Source: Selaginella moellendorffii
Lineage: Eukaryota > Plantae > Lycopodiophyta
Direction of reading: 5' to 3'
DNA: 64,000 nt
Assembly (NCBI RefSeq): GCF_000143415.4
Contig: NW_003314263.1
Span: forward strand, 2,114,403-2,178,402
The notes under the pieces are model-generated. The model was not told the origin of the DNA, made no database searches, and was given only the letters and a program-made list of their open reading frames with translations. Within the stretch, counting starts at the first letter, position 1, and the number at the start of each line of letters is the position of its first letter. Position numbers and translations under genes: made by a program. Below, one piece after another: positions 53,304 through 64,000 of this stretch.

Positions 53304-53987
53304 ACGAGATCTTCTTTAATCGAGCCAGCGAGCGATCCAAGTTGGTTTTACAGGGAAGAACACACGTAGAAGGCAAGCGAAAAAGCTCAAGAGAAGAGTG
53401 AGGAAGTTTTTTTTTGTAAGCTTGGACCGCGAGGCATTCTCCTCCCGTCCACTGTATCAATATATGTTCCATCCTAAAATTCTTTCATTGAATGATTATG
53501 CGGCGTATATTCTCCATAAATTTGGTACGGTCAATGATTATTCTGTGTCTATTCTCTGTTGATACGGAACGCTTGATCTTAGGGTACGAAAATCGCTTTG
53601 TTTACCTTTAAAAATTTTAAGTGTGCGGGCCACGAGTCGCCTTATCTATGGCCGGGAATATTTCACCCTGGTGGAATATACCGTTTACTCTTTTGGCGGC
53701 TGCGTGGTGTGGAGGTTCACCCTTTCCGCGATTAGTGATTGAGCGCCATAGCCAGAGCTTTGCGGCACTGTTTTTGCGTGGAATCGAGGGGATTCAAGGG
53801 CGGCGGCGGATTTTCGAGCTGGGCGGCGGCGCGGGTCTGGTGGATGAGCCGCCGGGCTCGGCATTCTGAGAATTTTGGGAATTTCGAGGTCTGTGCTTGG
53901 ATCTGGGAGGGAGTGTGGGAGATTTCGCCGTGCCGAGTGTGGATTGGGGCTTGGCCGCGGCGTGGCCGGGTGTAGGGTATTTTGGCA

Positions 53988-55001
53988 ATGTCCTCGCCGC
54001 AAAGCCAGAAATGGATGGCTTTTCTTTCGGATACTTTTCTAGACGAGGAGTCACAGAATTCCAGTGCCCTCTTTTGGGGCTCACAACCTTCTTGCGATCC
54101 AGTGGATTGCTGGTAAGTTAACAAGCTTTCTAATTTTTTCCTTTGGGATTGATTGGAAATCTTTCTACTGTTCTTGCAGCGTCGAGAATGACTCCTCCAA
54201 AGTGGATTCGGATGAATTCGAGAAGACATGTCCAAAGAAAAGGTGAGCTTTCTTCTTCTCGATTCAATGCGACTTTTCCTTGGTAGATCTTTGATGGTTT
54301 ACGAGAGATTGTTTCCAGGTCCCGTGAAGAGTCGTGCGGTGCTCCAGGGAACAAAGCTTGCCGGGAGAAAATGCGAAGGGACCGTCTCAATGACAGGTTT
54401 GCCAACTTTGTTCTTCCAAGTTCTAAAGCTTTTTCGCGAACTTTGTTTCCTTTTTTTCACAGGTTTGTAGAGCTGAGTGCCGCATTGGAGCCCGGAAGGC
54501 CTCCAAAGTCGGACAAGGCAACGATCCTCAGCGACGCGGTGCGTGTCATCACGCAGCTCCGCGCGGAAGCCCAGCAGCTCAAAGAATCAAACGAGCAGCT
54601 CCGGGACGGGATCAAAGAACTCAAGGTAAGTTCCAAGCTCTCTCAAGCTTCCCAGCTTTAAAAACTCTCCTCTTCGATCGTCCATCCAGGCCGAGAAGAA
54701 CGAGCTCAGAGAGGAGAAGATGAGGCTCAAGTCCGAGAAGGACCGACTGGAGCAGCAGCTCAAGACGATGGCGATGCCTCCGAGCTTCATGCCACACCCG
54801 GCGGCGGCGCTCCACGCTCACCACGCCGCCGCCGCCGCCGCGGCCTTCCACGCACAGATCCAGGCGGCTTCCACCAAGACTGGCGGAGCATCCGCCGCGG
54901 GGCCATTGCCAGGATTCCCCGGCATGGCAATGTGGCAGTGGATGCCGCCGGCGGTGGTGGACACCTCGCAAGATCACGTCCTCAGACCACCAGTCGCGTG
55001 A
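53988..55001 (+). CDS. bHLH subgroup IVc transcription factor (ILR3/bHLH105-like, iron homeostasis)
   Basis: KACREKMRRDRLNDRF, LEPGRPPKSDKATILSDA, zipper AEKNELREEK, C-terminal MWQWMPPAVVDTSQDHVLRPPVA. Confidence 0.93.
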
Positions 55002-55285
55002 GAAGACTTCCACTCGATCCGCAAGAACACCCGCCATTTGGGAAGAAAAGCTTTCTTTCTCGTCTTTTTGGTCTATTTGTAAAAGAATAAAAGGTGAGTA
55101 CGGCAAGTACGGTCGTACGTGGTTTATGGATGTATCTGTACGGCAGCCCGACTGCTAGTACGGCATGTACGGTCATATGGGTGCGTTATTTTGACGTGGT
55201 TTGTGGCTAAACTTAAACTAAAGTGGGTTAAGCTAAACCCCGGGAGGTAGCGCATTAGGGTTAGGGAGAAAGAGGAAGGAGGAGA

Positions 55286-57012
55286 ATGACGATGGCGATG
55301 GCGCGATGGCGGCAGCGGCTCCTCTCCTCGGCGTGTTCTTCGTCGTCCTCAAGTGCCGCGGCGCCGCAAGCGCTACTCCGCCTCGCGTCGTCGGCATTGA
55401 GTCGCCAGTCCTCGTCCAGGGGCTTCGCGGCGGCGCCGGACGACACCACGCCCTTCGTGGTCGATATTCCAGTGCCGTACGCGGGGCACCGGTGCGATCC
55501 GCCGGAGCAGCGGGTGGAGACCTCGGCCAAGGAGCTCGTGGATTTCTTTAAGGTGATGTATGTGATGAGAAGGATGGAGATTGCGGCGGACTCGCTCTAC
55601 AAGGCGAAGTTTATTCGCGGGTTTTGCCATCTCTACGATGGGCAGGAGGCGGTGTGCGTGGGAATGGAGGCGGCGCTCACCAAGGAGGACGCCATCATCA
55701 CTGCTTACAGGGACCACTGCACGCATATTGGACGAGGTGGCACGGTGCTGGAGGTGATGGCGGAGCTCATGGGGAGAAAAAGTGGGTGCTCGCTCGGGAA
55801 AGGTGGATCGATGCATATGTACAACAAGGAGGGGAATTTCTATGGAGGGAATGGGATTGTTGGAGCACAGACCGCGCTGGGAGCTGGGCTAGCTTTCGCG
55901 CAAAAGTATAACAAGCAGAACGCGGTGTCGCTGGCTTTGTATGGGGATGGAGCTGCCAACCAGGGACAACTCTTTGAGGCCATGAACATATCAGCGCTGT
56001 GGGACTTGCCGGTGATCTTCGTCTGCGAGAACAATCACTGTGAGTTTTTCCTTTTGCTCTTTGTTATGAGCTGACTTTTACGAGTTTTTCCTCGTTTTGA
56101 TTGTGTGGAATTTTTGTCGTGTAGATGGAATGGGGACGGCCGAGTGGCGCTCAGCAAAATCTCCAGAATACTACAAACGTGGAGATTATGTCCCGGGTCT
56201 TAAGGTACAAGTTGTGCTCCAAAACTACAATGATCGTCTCCTTCTTTTTCTTTCAACTGTTACTTTGGTGGTTGTCTCTTAGATTGATGGAATGGACGTT
56301 TTAGCAGTCAAGCAGGGCGTCCGATTCGCAAAGGAGCACGCTTTGACAAAAGGCCCCATCGTAAGCTTATCTAGTTTTTATATCTTTTGGCTTTACTCCT
56401 CACGGGGGATGGGAACGTTAGACTGGTGTTGGAAATGGATACTTATCGTTATCATGGGCACTCCATGTCTGATCCCGGGAGTACATATCGGACAAGGGAA
56501 GAGATTCCGGCGTGAGACAGGTAACTTGGAGTCATTATCGTTTGCACACTGCACTTTTAAAACAATAATTTGCTGCCACTGCCAGGAGCGAGACCCGATT
56601 GAAAGAGTAAGAAAGCTTCTTTTGGCGAAAGAGATCGTGACTGTAGCCGATTTGAAGGTGAGTGCGCTGTGTGCGCTATTGGCAGAGATTTCTCTCAACT
56701 TGGTCTTTACAGAACTTGGAGAAGCAAGCCAAGGCAGAAGTGGACGAGGCCGTTAATCAAGCCAAGGTAGGACTTTCTCTTCTCAAGTCGAGTGAAACCC
56801 TTGGAATCTAAAAATCTTTCGGGCACGATTTTTGCAGGAGGGCGGTCAGCCCGAAACTCACGAGCTGTTTACGCACGTTCACGTCAAGGGACTGAAGCAA
56901 TTGGTAAGACGAAGATTTGTAGCTTTCTTCACAGTTGATTGCTGCGAACTTTCTTCTTTGTTTGCAGGCGTATGGCCCTGACCGCAAGGAAGTTATAGTT
57001 CCACTTCCATGA
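55286..57012 (+). CDS. Mitochondrial pyruvate dehydrogenase E1 alpha (with two apparent lesions in this sequence)
   Basis: Transit peptide, [47 protein letters not shown]. Non-AG acceptor at 56423-56425 and a 1-nt deletion near 56506. Confidence 0.92.
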
Positions 57013-57182
57013 TCGAAGAAAACGGATAGTTCGATTGTTTTTCCGGAGCTAGAAATAAGTGCTACAAAGACACTCTTGAAGTTTTGTAAGATACATATTG
57101 GACAAAATAAGAATTCGTTTGATTGATTCGAGCAAACTTTTCAAAGCTATGGTTACAAGTTTTACTACTATTTACACCATTT

Positions 57183-58433
57183 TCACGTTGATAGAGACTT
57201 GGTCGATGATTTTCTAAAGTCCTTGAAGTTGTTAAAACCGAGCCTGTGGAGCCAAGACCTGGCCGTCTCGGTGGAGATTTTTCTATGGCTAGTCATGCCC
57301 ATGAGGGAGTCAGCTGCTAGATCTCCAGCCTGCGAGAGAGAGAGAAAAAAAGAGATGGAATGGTTTTAGAGGTTTTAGAAGTGTGTAACTTTTTTCACCT
57401 GGACGTCAAGGAGGAGATCGTTGTTACAAAAGTCGCGAAACATCTTGATGATGGAGTCCTTGCGAGGAGGCTCGCCTTTCTTTGGACAGTTTTGCTCTAT
57501 CCATGCCCGAGCTTTGCTTTGCAAGTGCTCCGGTTGTAGCAGCCACTCGACTTTGACGTGCTTTCCCTGCGTGAATCAAAGAAAAGGAGGATTTTTACAA
57601 ATGACTAATGAAAATAAACAATCTCTACAAACCTGCTGTGACTCCGAGAATGTACCGTCGGCTCGCCTCTCCCAGTCCTCCACCCATTTCCTCGCAGTTT
57701 TTCCAGACACGCCGACGGATTCACCAGCCTTTGCGTATGCCTCGGTTACCTGTCAAACTAAAGACGCTATTAGCTCTTCTCGACAAACAAAACAAAGGCC
57801 ACAGAGCAGTGTCCAAAGAGCAAACGAAAATCCGAAGGACTAAAGAACCGATCGAGAGAACTTTACCTTACACAGAGAATCCGAGGAGGACTGCGCCATG
57901 TACTTGTAAAACTCGGCCACGCAAAAGAGCTTTCGCGACTTAAGCGGGAGCTTCAAGACGAGCTGGAAAGAAGAGTCCCTCTCCTTGACGTAGTGTGACT
58001 TTGGCTTCCCGGGGCCCTTTTGCCTCCCCCTCTTCTTCGTCACGGCCTTGGAAGAATTCTCCTCGTTTGGAGGCATGGTCTGGAGAGAGAGCACAGTGGA
58101 CGGAGTTCTAACCGGCGGCTGTGGAGGAGGCGGCGGCGGCTGTGGAGGCGGCGTAGATTCCTGGCCCATCAGGATCATGGGATGGAAACTCTGGCCATTC
58201 TCCGCGGCCATCATCATCAAAGAAAAGCCTTGCATCGAGGCGTGCTGGTCCATGAGAATATTGTCGTGTCCCACGCCATCGTCCAATCCTTCTGATTGAT
58301 CCCTATCGCCGAGGAGCGCTACCTCGTTCGCCCAGCTCAATGCCGCAGCTGCCGCCGCAGCGTCCACGCGCTGGCAATCAAGATCCATTTCCCTGCTGTG
58401 TAGAACAGTATGCATATCTTCACCCCTGCCCAA
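57183..58433 (-). CDS. 4-exon ~332-aa protein with C-terminal transposase-type HTH/winged-HTH region (putative domesticated transposase DNA-binding domain)
   Basis: Exons 58433-57867, 57749-57633, 57566-57399 and 57329-57183 join through three phase-0 GT-AG introns into one open frame. Motifs AGESVGVSGKTARKW, SESQQGKH, KGEP, FCNNDLL, RKISTETARSWLHRLGF. Confidence 0.8.
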
Positions 58434-58718
58434 TTCCGGCCTGTGCCGCAGCGATCGCTAGGAACTGCCTAGATTACCTGCATTACTCCAACTGCGCTTT
58501 CGATCCGGCTCCACGGGCGGCGCCTCTTCTTCCTGGACGGCATTCGGGGAGATGAAGAACCCTAATTTTGCCCAACGGACTCGAACGGTCAGGATCAATT
58601 TGTATGATCAACGGCGTCATGAATATTCGCACGCAATTACGTTTAAATCCCAAATTAGTAGAAAAATTCAAATTAAAAGTTACAGTTATTATAATTATTA
58701 CATAAAAATTCATGTTCT

Positions 58719-59168
58719 TCATTTAAATAAATAGTTGCAACTCCCAAAGCCTAAAAAGTAATCAATTTTTTAACAAGAATAATTACAGAAATAAAAATAA
58801 ATCTTACTTGGATCAGTGGAAGAGATCAATGCAGTGTTGTCAAAGTAGCAATTATAATCATAGCGAGCTTTCATTTGGAAATAAAGGTTATATGCCCACG
58901 ATGCATGCGAATAGATGCTATTAGGATAAGAGCAAGGACCATCAAACTGAATCGCAGAACAATCAACTTGAGAGCACGCATAATCTAAACCCCGCTGTAG
59001 CATATCAGGAGGAATAGTAGGATTAGCTATGCAATACACTTTGCCATCGACAATACGACCAGAAGGTGTTATAGCAGTAGCATCAACCATTGAAGTTGGA
59101 AACACAAAAACAGAGCAAATCACAAACACTATAGCAAAAGCAAGACAATTCATCTTCATCATCTTCAT
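58719..59168 (-). CDS. Secreted stand-alone X8 (CBM43) domain protein, 2 exons
   Basis: Signal peptide, YCIA..LQRGLDYACSQVDCSAIQ..GPC..HASWAYNLYFQ..CYFDNTA..TDPS|FGSCNY. Confidence 0.88.
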
Positions 59169-59308
59169 CAGTCAGTTACAAAGCCTTAGAGTTTTGTTCC
59201 ACATTTATTTATGAGTTACTGGCTTCAGAACCTCTAATTAGTTTAGCAGCCCAATAAAAATGTATGGTTTCGCTCTTTTTTTTATGGTTTTTCTCAAACT
59301 GGAACATT

Positions 59309-60141
59309 CTATGGACAGAAAGTGATCGTATAGTCACCACCATTGGAACAAGTAAACGTGCTGCTTGGGTCATCGTAAGCGTAGCTATACGCGAGCGGGC
59401 AAATGTCCTTGAAAATTTTCGAGTAGGACGAGGGTTTGCAGGTCTGGGGAGTGGAGTAGTCCCCCGTGCAACAAAAAGGTGGCGTGCCAAACGCCAGGCA
59501 CGCACTCTTGCAGCCCACGACTCCGGAATAATCGTGAACTTGGAGCTCGGACGGGCACCACGGAATCACGTCCCTCAGGCAACCCGTGAAGGGGCAGCCG
59601 GACTTACTGGGAGTGATCCGGATGGGCAGATTATAGCCATCAACCAGAGAGACGTCGTAGAAGTCCAAGCCGGTGTTGGGGGTGCCACCAAGTTTAAACT
59701 CGGCAATGCTGTAGGGGGGAGCTCCTCCTATGCCTTGGCAATAGAGCTGCTTGTTACAATCCCCAGTGCTGCATCCGCTGCCTACAGGAACCACAAATCA
59801 AAGATCAAAGAATTAAATATCTCGAGGACAGACCTTGGAAGTCGCAACCCCTGCGGCCCCAGAACCGGCCACCCCAGTCCGATGTTGGAGTTCCCAAGTC
59901 TATAAAAGTGTAAGGTTCTAGCTGCGTGCCACCATTTCCAAGAGCCGGGCTATCGCCGTTGTTGAGCCATCCAGGCCAGACCGTGAACGGGCATCCATTG
60001 TATAGACGAAAGTTTATCCCAAAAGATCCTGCGGCTTTCAGCATTTAGAAAGTTCCAAGTTGTAGGAGCTGGAAGCTTACTTGAGGCATTCAAAAGAACA
60101 GTGCAAATCCAGGTCGCTAGCACCAGACGACTTTGAGCCAT
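59309..60141 (-). CDS. Thaumatin-like protein (PR-5), 3 exons
   Basis: Signal peptide, NGCPFTVWPG, WGGRFWGRRGC, CSTGDC, DFYDVSLVDGYNLP, AYSYAYDD, YTITFCP. Confidence 0.94.
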
Positions 60142-60339
60142 CTAAACGGGAAGCTACAAGTACTGCTTAAGCGATCCTGGGGTTGTCCGGCCTTTTATGC
60201 CAAGAAACGTTTGCAATCACAATTGAGAATGACTCAAGAATCATCTACCAGATTTTCAGTCAAGTGACTATAGCATGATATTCCCTTGCATCAGCAATAA
60301 GTCATCACTGGTGAGCTTAGTAATGAAATAAGGGTGCCA

Positions 60340-60620
60340 CCATGGCATTCCACGTACGCACCAAATATGAGCTTACATTCTCAAAGTAGACCCGGCCATC
60401 TTGGCAAGCATCGTGTTCCACACAAGATCTCTTTGAGGCATTCATTTGTAAGTCTCATCCAAATGGTTGGCCAGCACAGATTTTGCCATGCACGAGTTGA
60501 CTGCTGTTGCTGTGTGTTCATGGGATGATATAGCATATTCTTTTGATTCTCACAGCTGTCCATTCTGGGCCACGGAGTGTACATTTACATTGTTGCCACA
60601 TTTGCTATACATTTGGAATG
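60340..60620 (-). pseudogene. PLS-type PPR fragment
   Basis: Minus frame gives MYSKCG..AQNGQL*E..MPQRDLVWNTML with stops. Confidence 0.55.
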
Positions 60621-61593
60621 AGGCAAGAGTAAATTGGAGTGTAATTTCTTGGCATGAGATAGAGGATAGCAAATATAAGTTCAAGCATAGCTCATCTTAG
60701 AACCCTGGAATATGTTGGATTGCATATAGTTTAAGACAAAAACATAGTCTAAACCATACTAAACTTCTTGTTATAAATTTTGTTAGAATTGCAGTTCCTC
60801 TGGGGAGATGTCCACTTCAACACCATAGTTTTCATAACTTGAAAACACTTAGAATCAAATATTATTCCTTAAAAAGGGTGTGTATTGATCCAGATATTTG
60901 GTTTACTCTATAGCATAAAAATCAATTTTCCAAAATCAACATCAAAAGTATTAACATAATTTCAAGTAGGCTTATTTATTAGTGGGTATAGGAATATGCC
61001 ATTAGCAAAGCTCTTAATCTGATTGTAATTTTGTATTACTATTATTATCTTTTGGAGTACAAAAACGTATTGTAAAAGCTTTAATTGTAACTGAAGAATG
61101 CAAGAAAGTAGTAATTTTGTTTAATATAGAGCTTTTGATAGAGATAATTATTGGTCAAATGGAAATTATTGTAGAAATATAATTATATTATGCCACAGTA
61201 ATTCAAGTTTAAATTAATTTCAATTTATTAATTTATAAGGATGGAAATCGAAATATACTATTATGTTCAAATGGTATAATTTGTTAACAAGTTTCATTAA
61301 AAGTAAAATAATATTCTTAATATGGTAAACAACATTTTAGTATTGTAAATAATCATGCATTGACTTTCTTCTTTCAGATCAATATTAAGCATTTTATTAT
61401 TCAAAATATTAGTAATTATAAAATAGTACTAAAACAATATATCGATTTCTAATTTGTTACACATGTGTGTAGTAACACTTGGTTTTCTTAATAGATGTGC
61501 TATTTTTTGTTGATCAATTAGAAGTTTATAATTATATAAATGTTTATAATTTATAAATACAGGATTAATTTTATTATATATTAACCACTAAAA

Positions 61594-61752
61594 AGTGTTT
61601 AGGAAAGTTCATAATTTATAAACATGTTTATAAATTATAACTATATAATTAATCTAAATAAATAAAGATGGTAGAATATCTCAGAATATTAAAATATATT
61701 CTAGGTATATCCACTACCGCTCCAGTCCCTTACAGGTTTGCTTAAGCAAACC
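61594..61752. repeat. AT-rich dispersed repeat with 28-bp perfect palindrome and terminal hairpin (homolog at 21600-21725)
   Basis: ATAATTTATAAACATGTTTATAAATTAT (61611-61638) and GGTTTGCTTAAGCAAACC (61735-61752). Confidence 0.65.
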
Positions 61753-62088
61753 ACAAAAAATATATCATTTTAATTTTTCCAATAAAAACTAAACTTTTTT
61801 AATACATAAATTTAATATCTTTTTTTAATTAAATATATTATTATCAACTCTACATATTACTGCGTAGGCTTTGACTCTTTAGTCTACTTTTGATTTAATA
61901 AAAGTAGAACTAAAAACCATTAATAAAAGCATCTTGAAATATCTAATAAAAGTTATTTGCTAAACTAAAATCATAATCATATAGTACTCAACTTATTCTA
62001 AAAAGCTTAAGAGAATTGTAGCAATAGAAATATGAAAATGCTGAGTACTGAAAGAAAGTCAAGGTCACTCTCGATTTAAATTATAAAT

Positions 62089-63118
<1,030 letters not shown>

Positions 63119-63284
63119 ACTCGAATGAAGTATCCCTGGCAAACAGCTCCAGAGTTTCTGCTTGTCTCGATATTCTACAAACTCGTATGGTGATGGCCGT
63201 GAGCCCCATTCGGTGGATGCCACTACCACCAAGCTCCTTAAAAGATTGAAACAATTAAAAGATTGGAGAAGGGTGGCTTCATCA

Positions 63285-63435
63285 GCTTGCCGGCTTTCAA
63301 GAACGCGCTGGTAGCCGGGAGCTTAATTGAGGCATTCATGCAAATCCAGGTTACTAGCGCACAAGACGACTTTGAGCCATCTAAATGGAAGCTACAAGTA
63401 CCACGTCAAACCAGAAGTGACTATAGCATGATTTT
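63285..63435 (-). pseudogene. Degenerate duplicate of the thaumatin gene first exon and upstream region
   Basis: TTGAGGCATTCA..TGCAAATCCAGGT..AGACGACTTTGAGCCATCTAAA..GAAGCTACAAGTAC..AAGTGACTATAGCATGAT matches 60030-60280. Confidence 0.75.
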
Positions 63436-63444
63436 TCTAGCTTT

Positions 63445-63600
63445 CTAGTTTCTAAAGGCTATGGAGTCAAATATGCGCTTCCAGATGAGAACTGCAAATT
63501 GCCACGTCTTCCCTACATGTGGATAATACGAATTCCAGATAAGAGTGTTGCATGTTTTGACAGCAAAGACAAGGTGTTCAAGCATATCCAAGTATCGAAC
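63445..63600 (-). pseudogene. PPR-like fragment
   Basis: NTLI..M*GRRGNL..KRIFDSIAFRN resembles a PLS PPR motif with frameshifts. Confidence 0.4.
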
Positions 63601-64000
63601 TTCAGTATAGCTCATAGTCTTAATCGTATAAGTTATGCTTGACATTTGGAGTTTAAGTAATGCATTGAATATTTCGGAGCTCTAGAGAGATTTAATATAT
63701 TGATCAGATTAGTCCAAGCTATGTTCTAGCTAGCTTTATAAAATATTCATTTAAATACATTACAAATAAAGTGAAGCATATCTTGCCAAAAGCATAGTCT
63801 AGACTGCAATAACTAAGTCTTTTATTTAAATAATATAAATTCAAAGACTCTATAAAATCTTTAAAAGTTGATTATAAAAAATTTTAAGCATCATGTACCA
63901 TGTTGAATATTTTGCGATATGACCCAGCTCTACAAGTACTTAATATAAATCCCCTTCTTGTCATTAATGCTTTTGTAAATTTTATTAGAATGGCACTTCC

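Noticed and set aside
29680-55001. Functional regulatory gene cluster (TPL, LAX, COL, PWR, bHLH)
   Set aside because: Interspersed with unrelated housekeeping genes; compatible with ordinary gene density.

Overview
Plant nuclear DNA with very short introns and intergenic spacers, most consistent with a Selaginella-like lycophyte (inferred, not proven). It falls into three zones. (1) 1-3.7 kb: a LACS gene and an F-box/LRR remnant. (2) 3.9-29.65 kb: a nest of one apparently non-coding LTR-retroelement system. It holds a young 7.46-kb LARD-like element (1.7-kb LTRs, TSD CTCCT), an older copy with two self-nested solo LTRs, a ~550-bp TRIM with ~190-bp LTRs, solo LTRs of both types, and a TSD-flanked hybrid with one LTR of each type. 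(3) 29.7-64 kb: a gene-dense block containing a truncated TOPLESS-like copy, GlnRS and F-box fragments, Sel1-like, divergent AUX1/LAX-like, PWP1, FKGP, CONSTANS-like, TBL, ATL RING-H2, POWERDRESS-like, bHLH IVc, PDH E1-alpha, X8, thaumatin-like and CoA-Nudix genes. Top candidates for novelty: a spliced 4-exon gene (57183-58433, minus) that appears to be a domesticated transposase DNA-binding domain lacking its catalytic half, and the TRIM/LARD pair that shares replication signals and produced a hetero-LTR integrant. All alignments were made by eye and family assignments come from recalled motifs.
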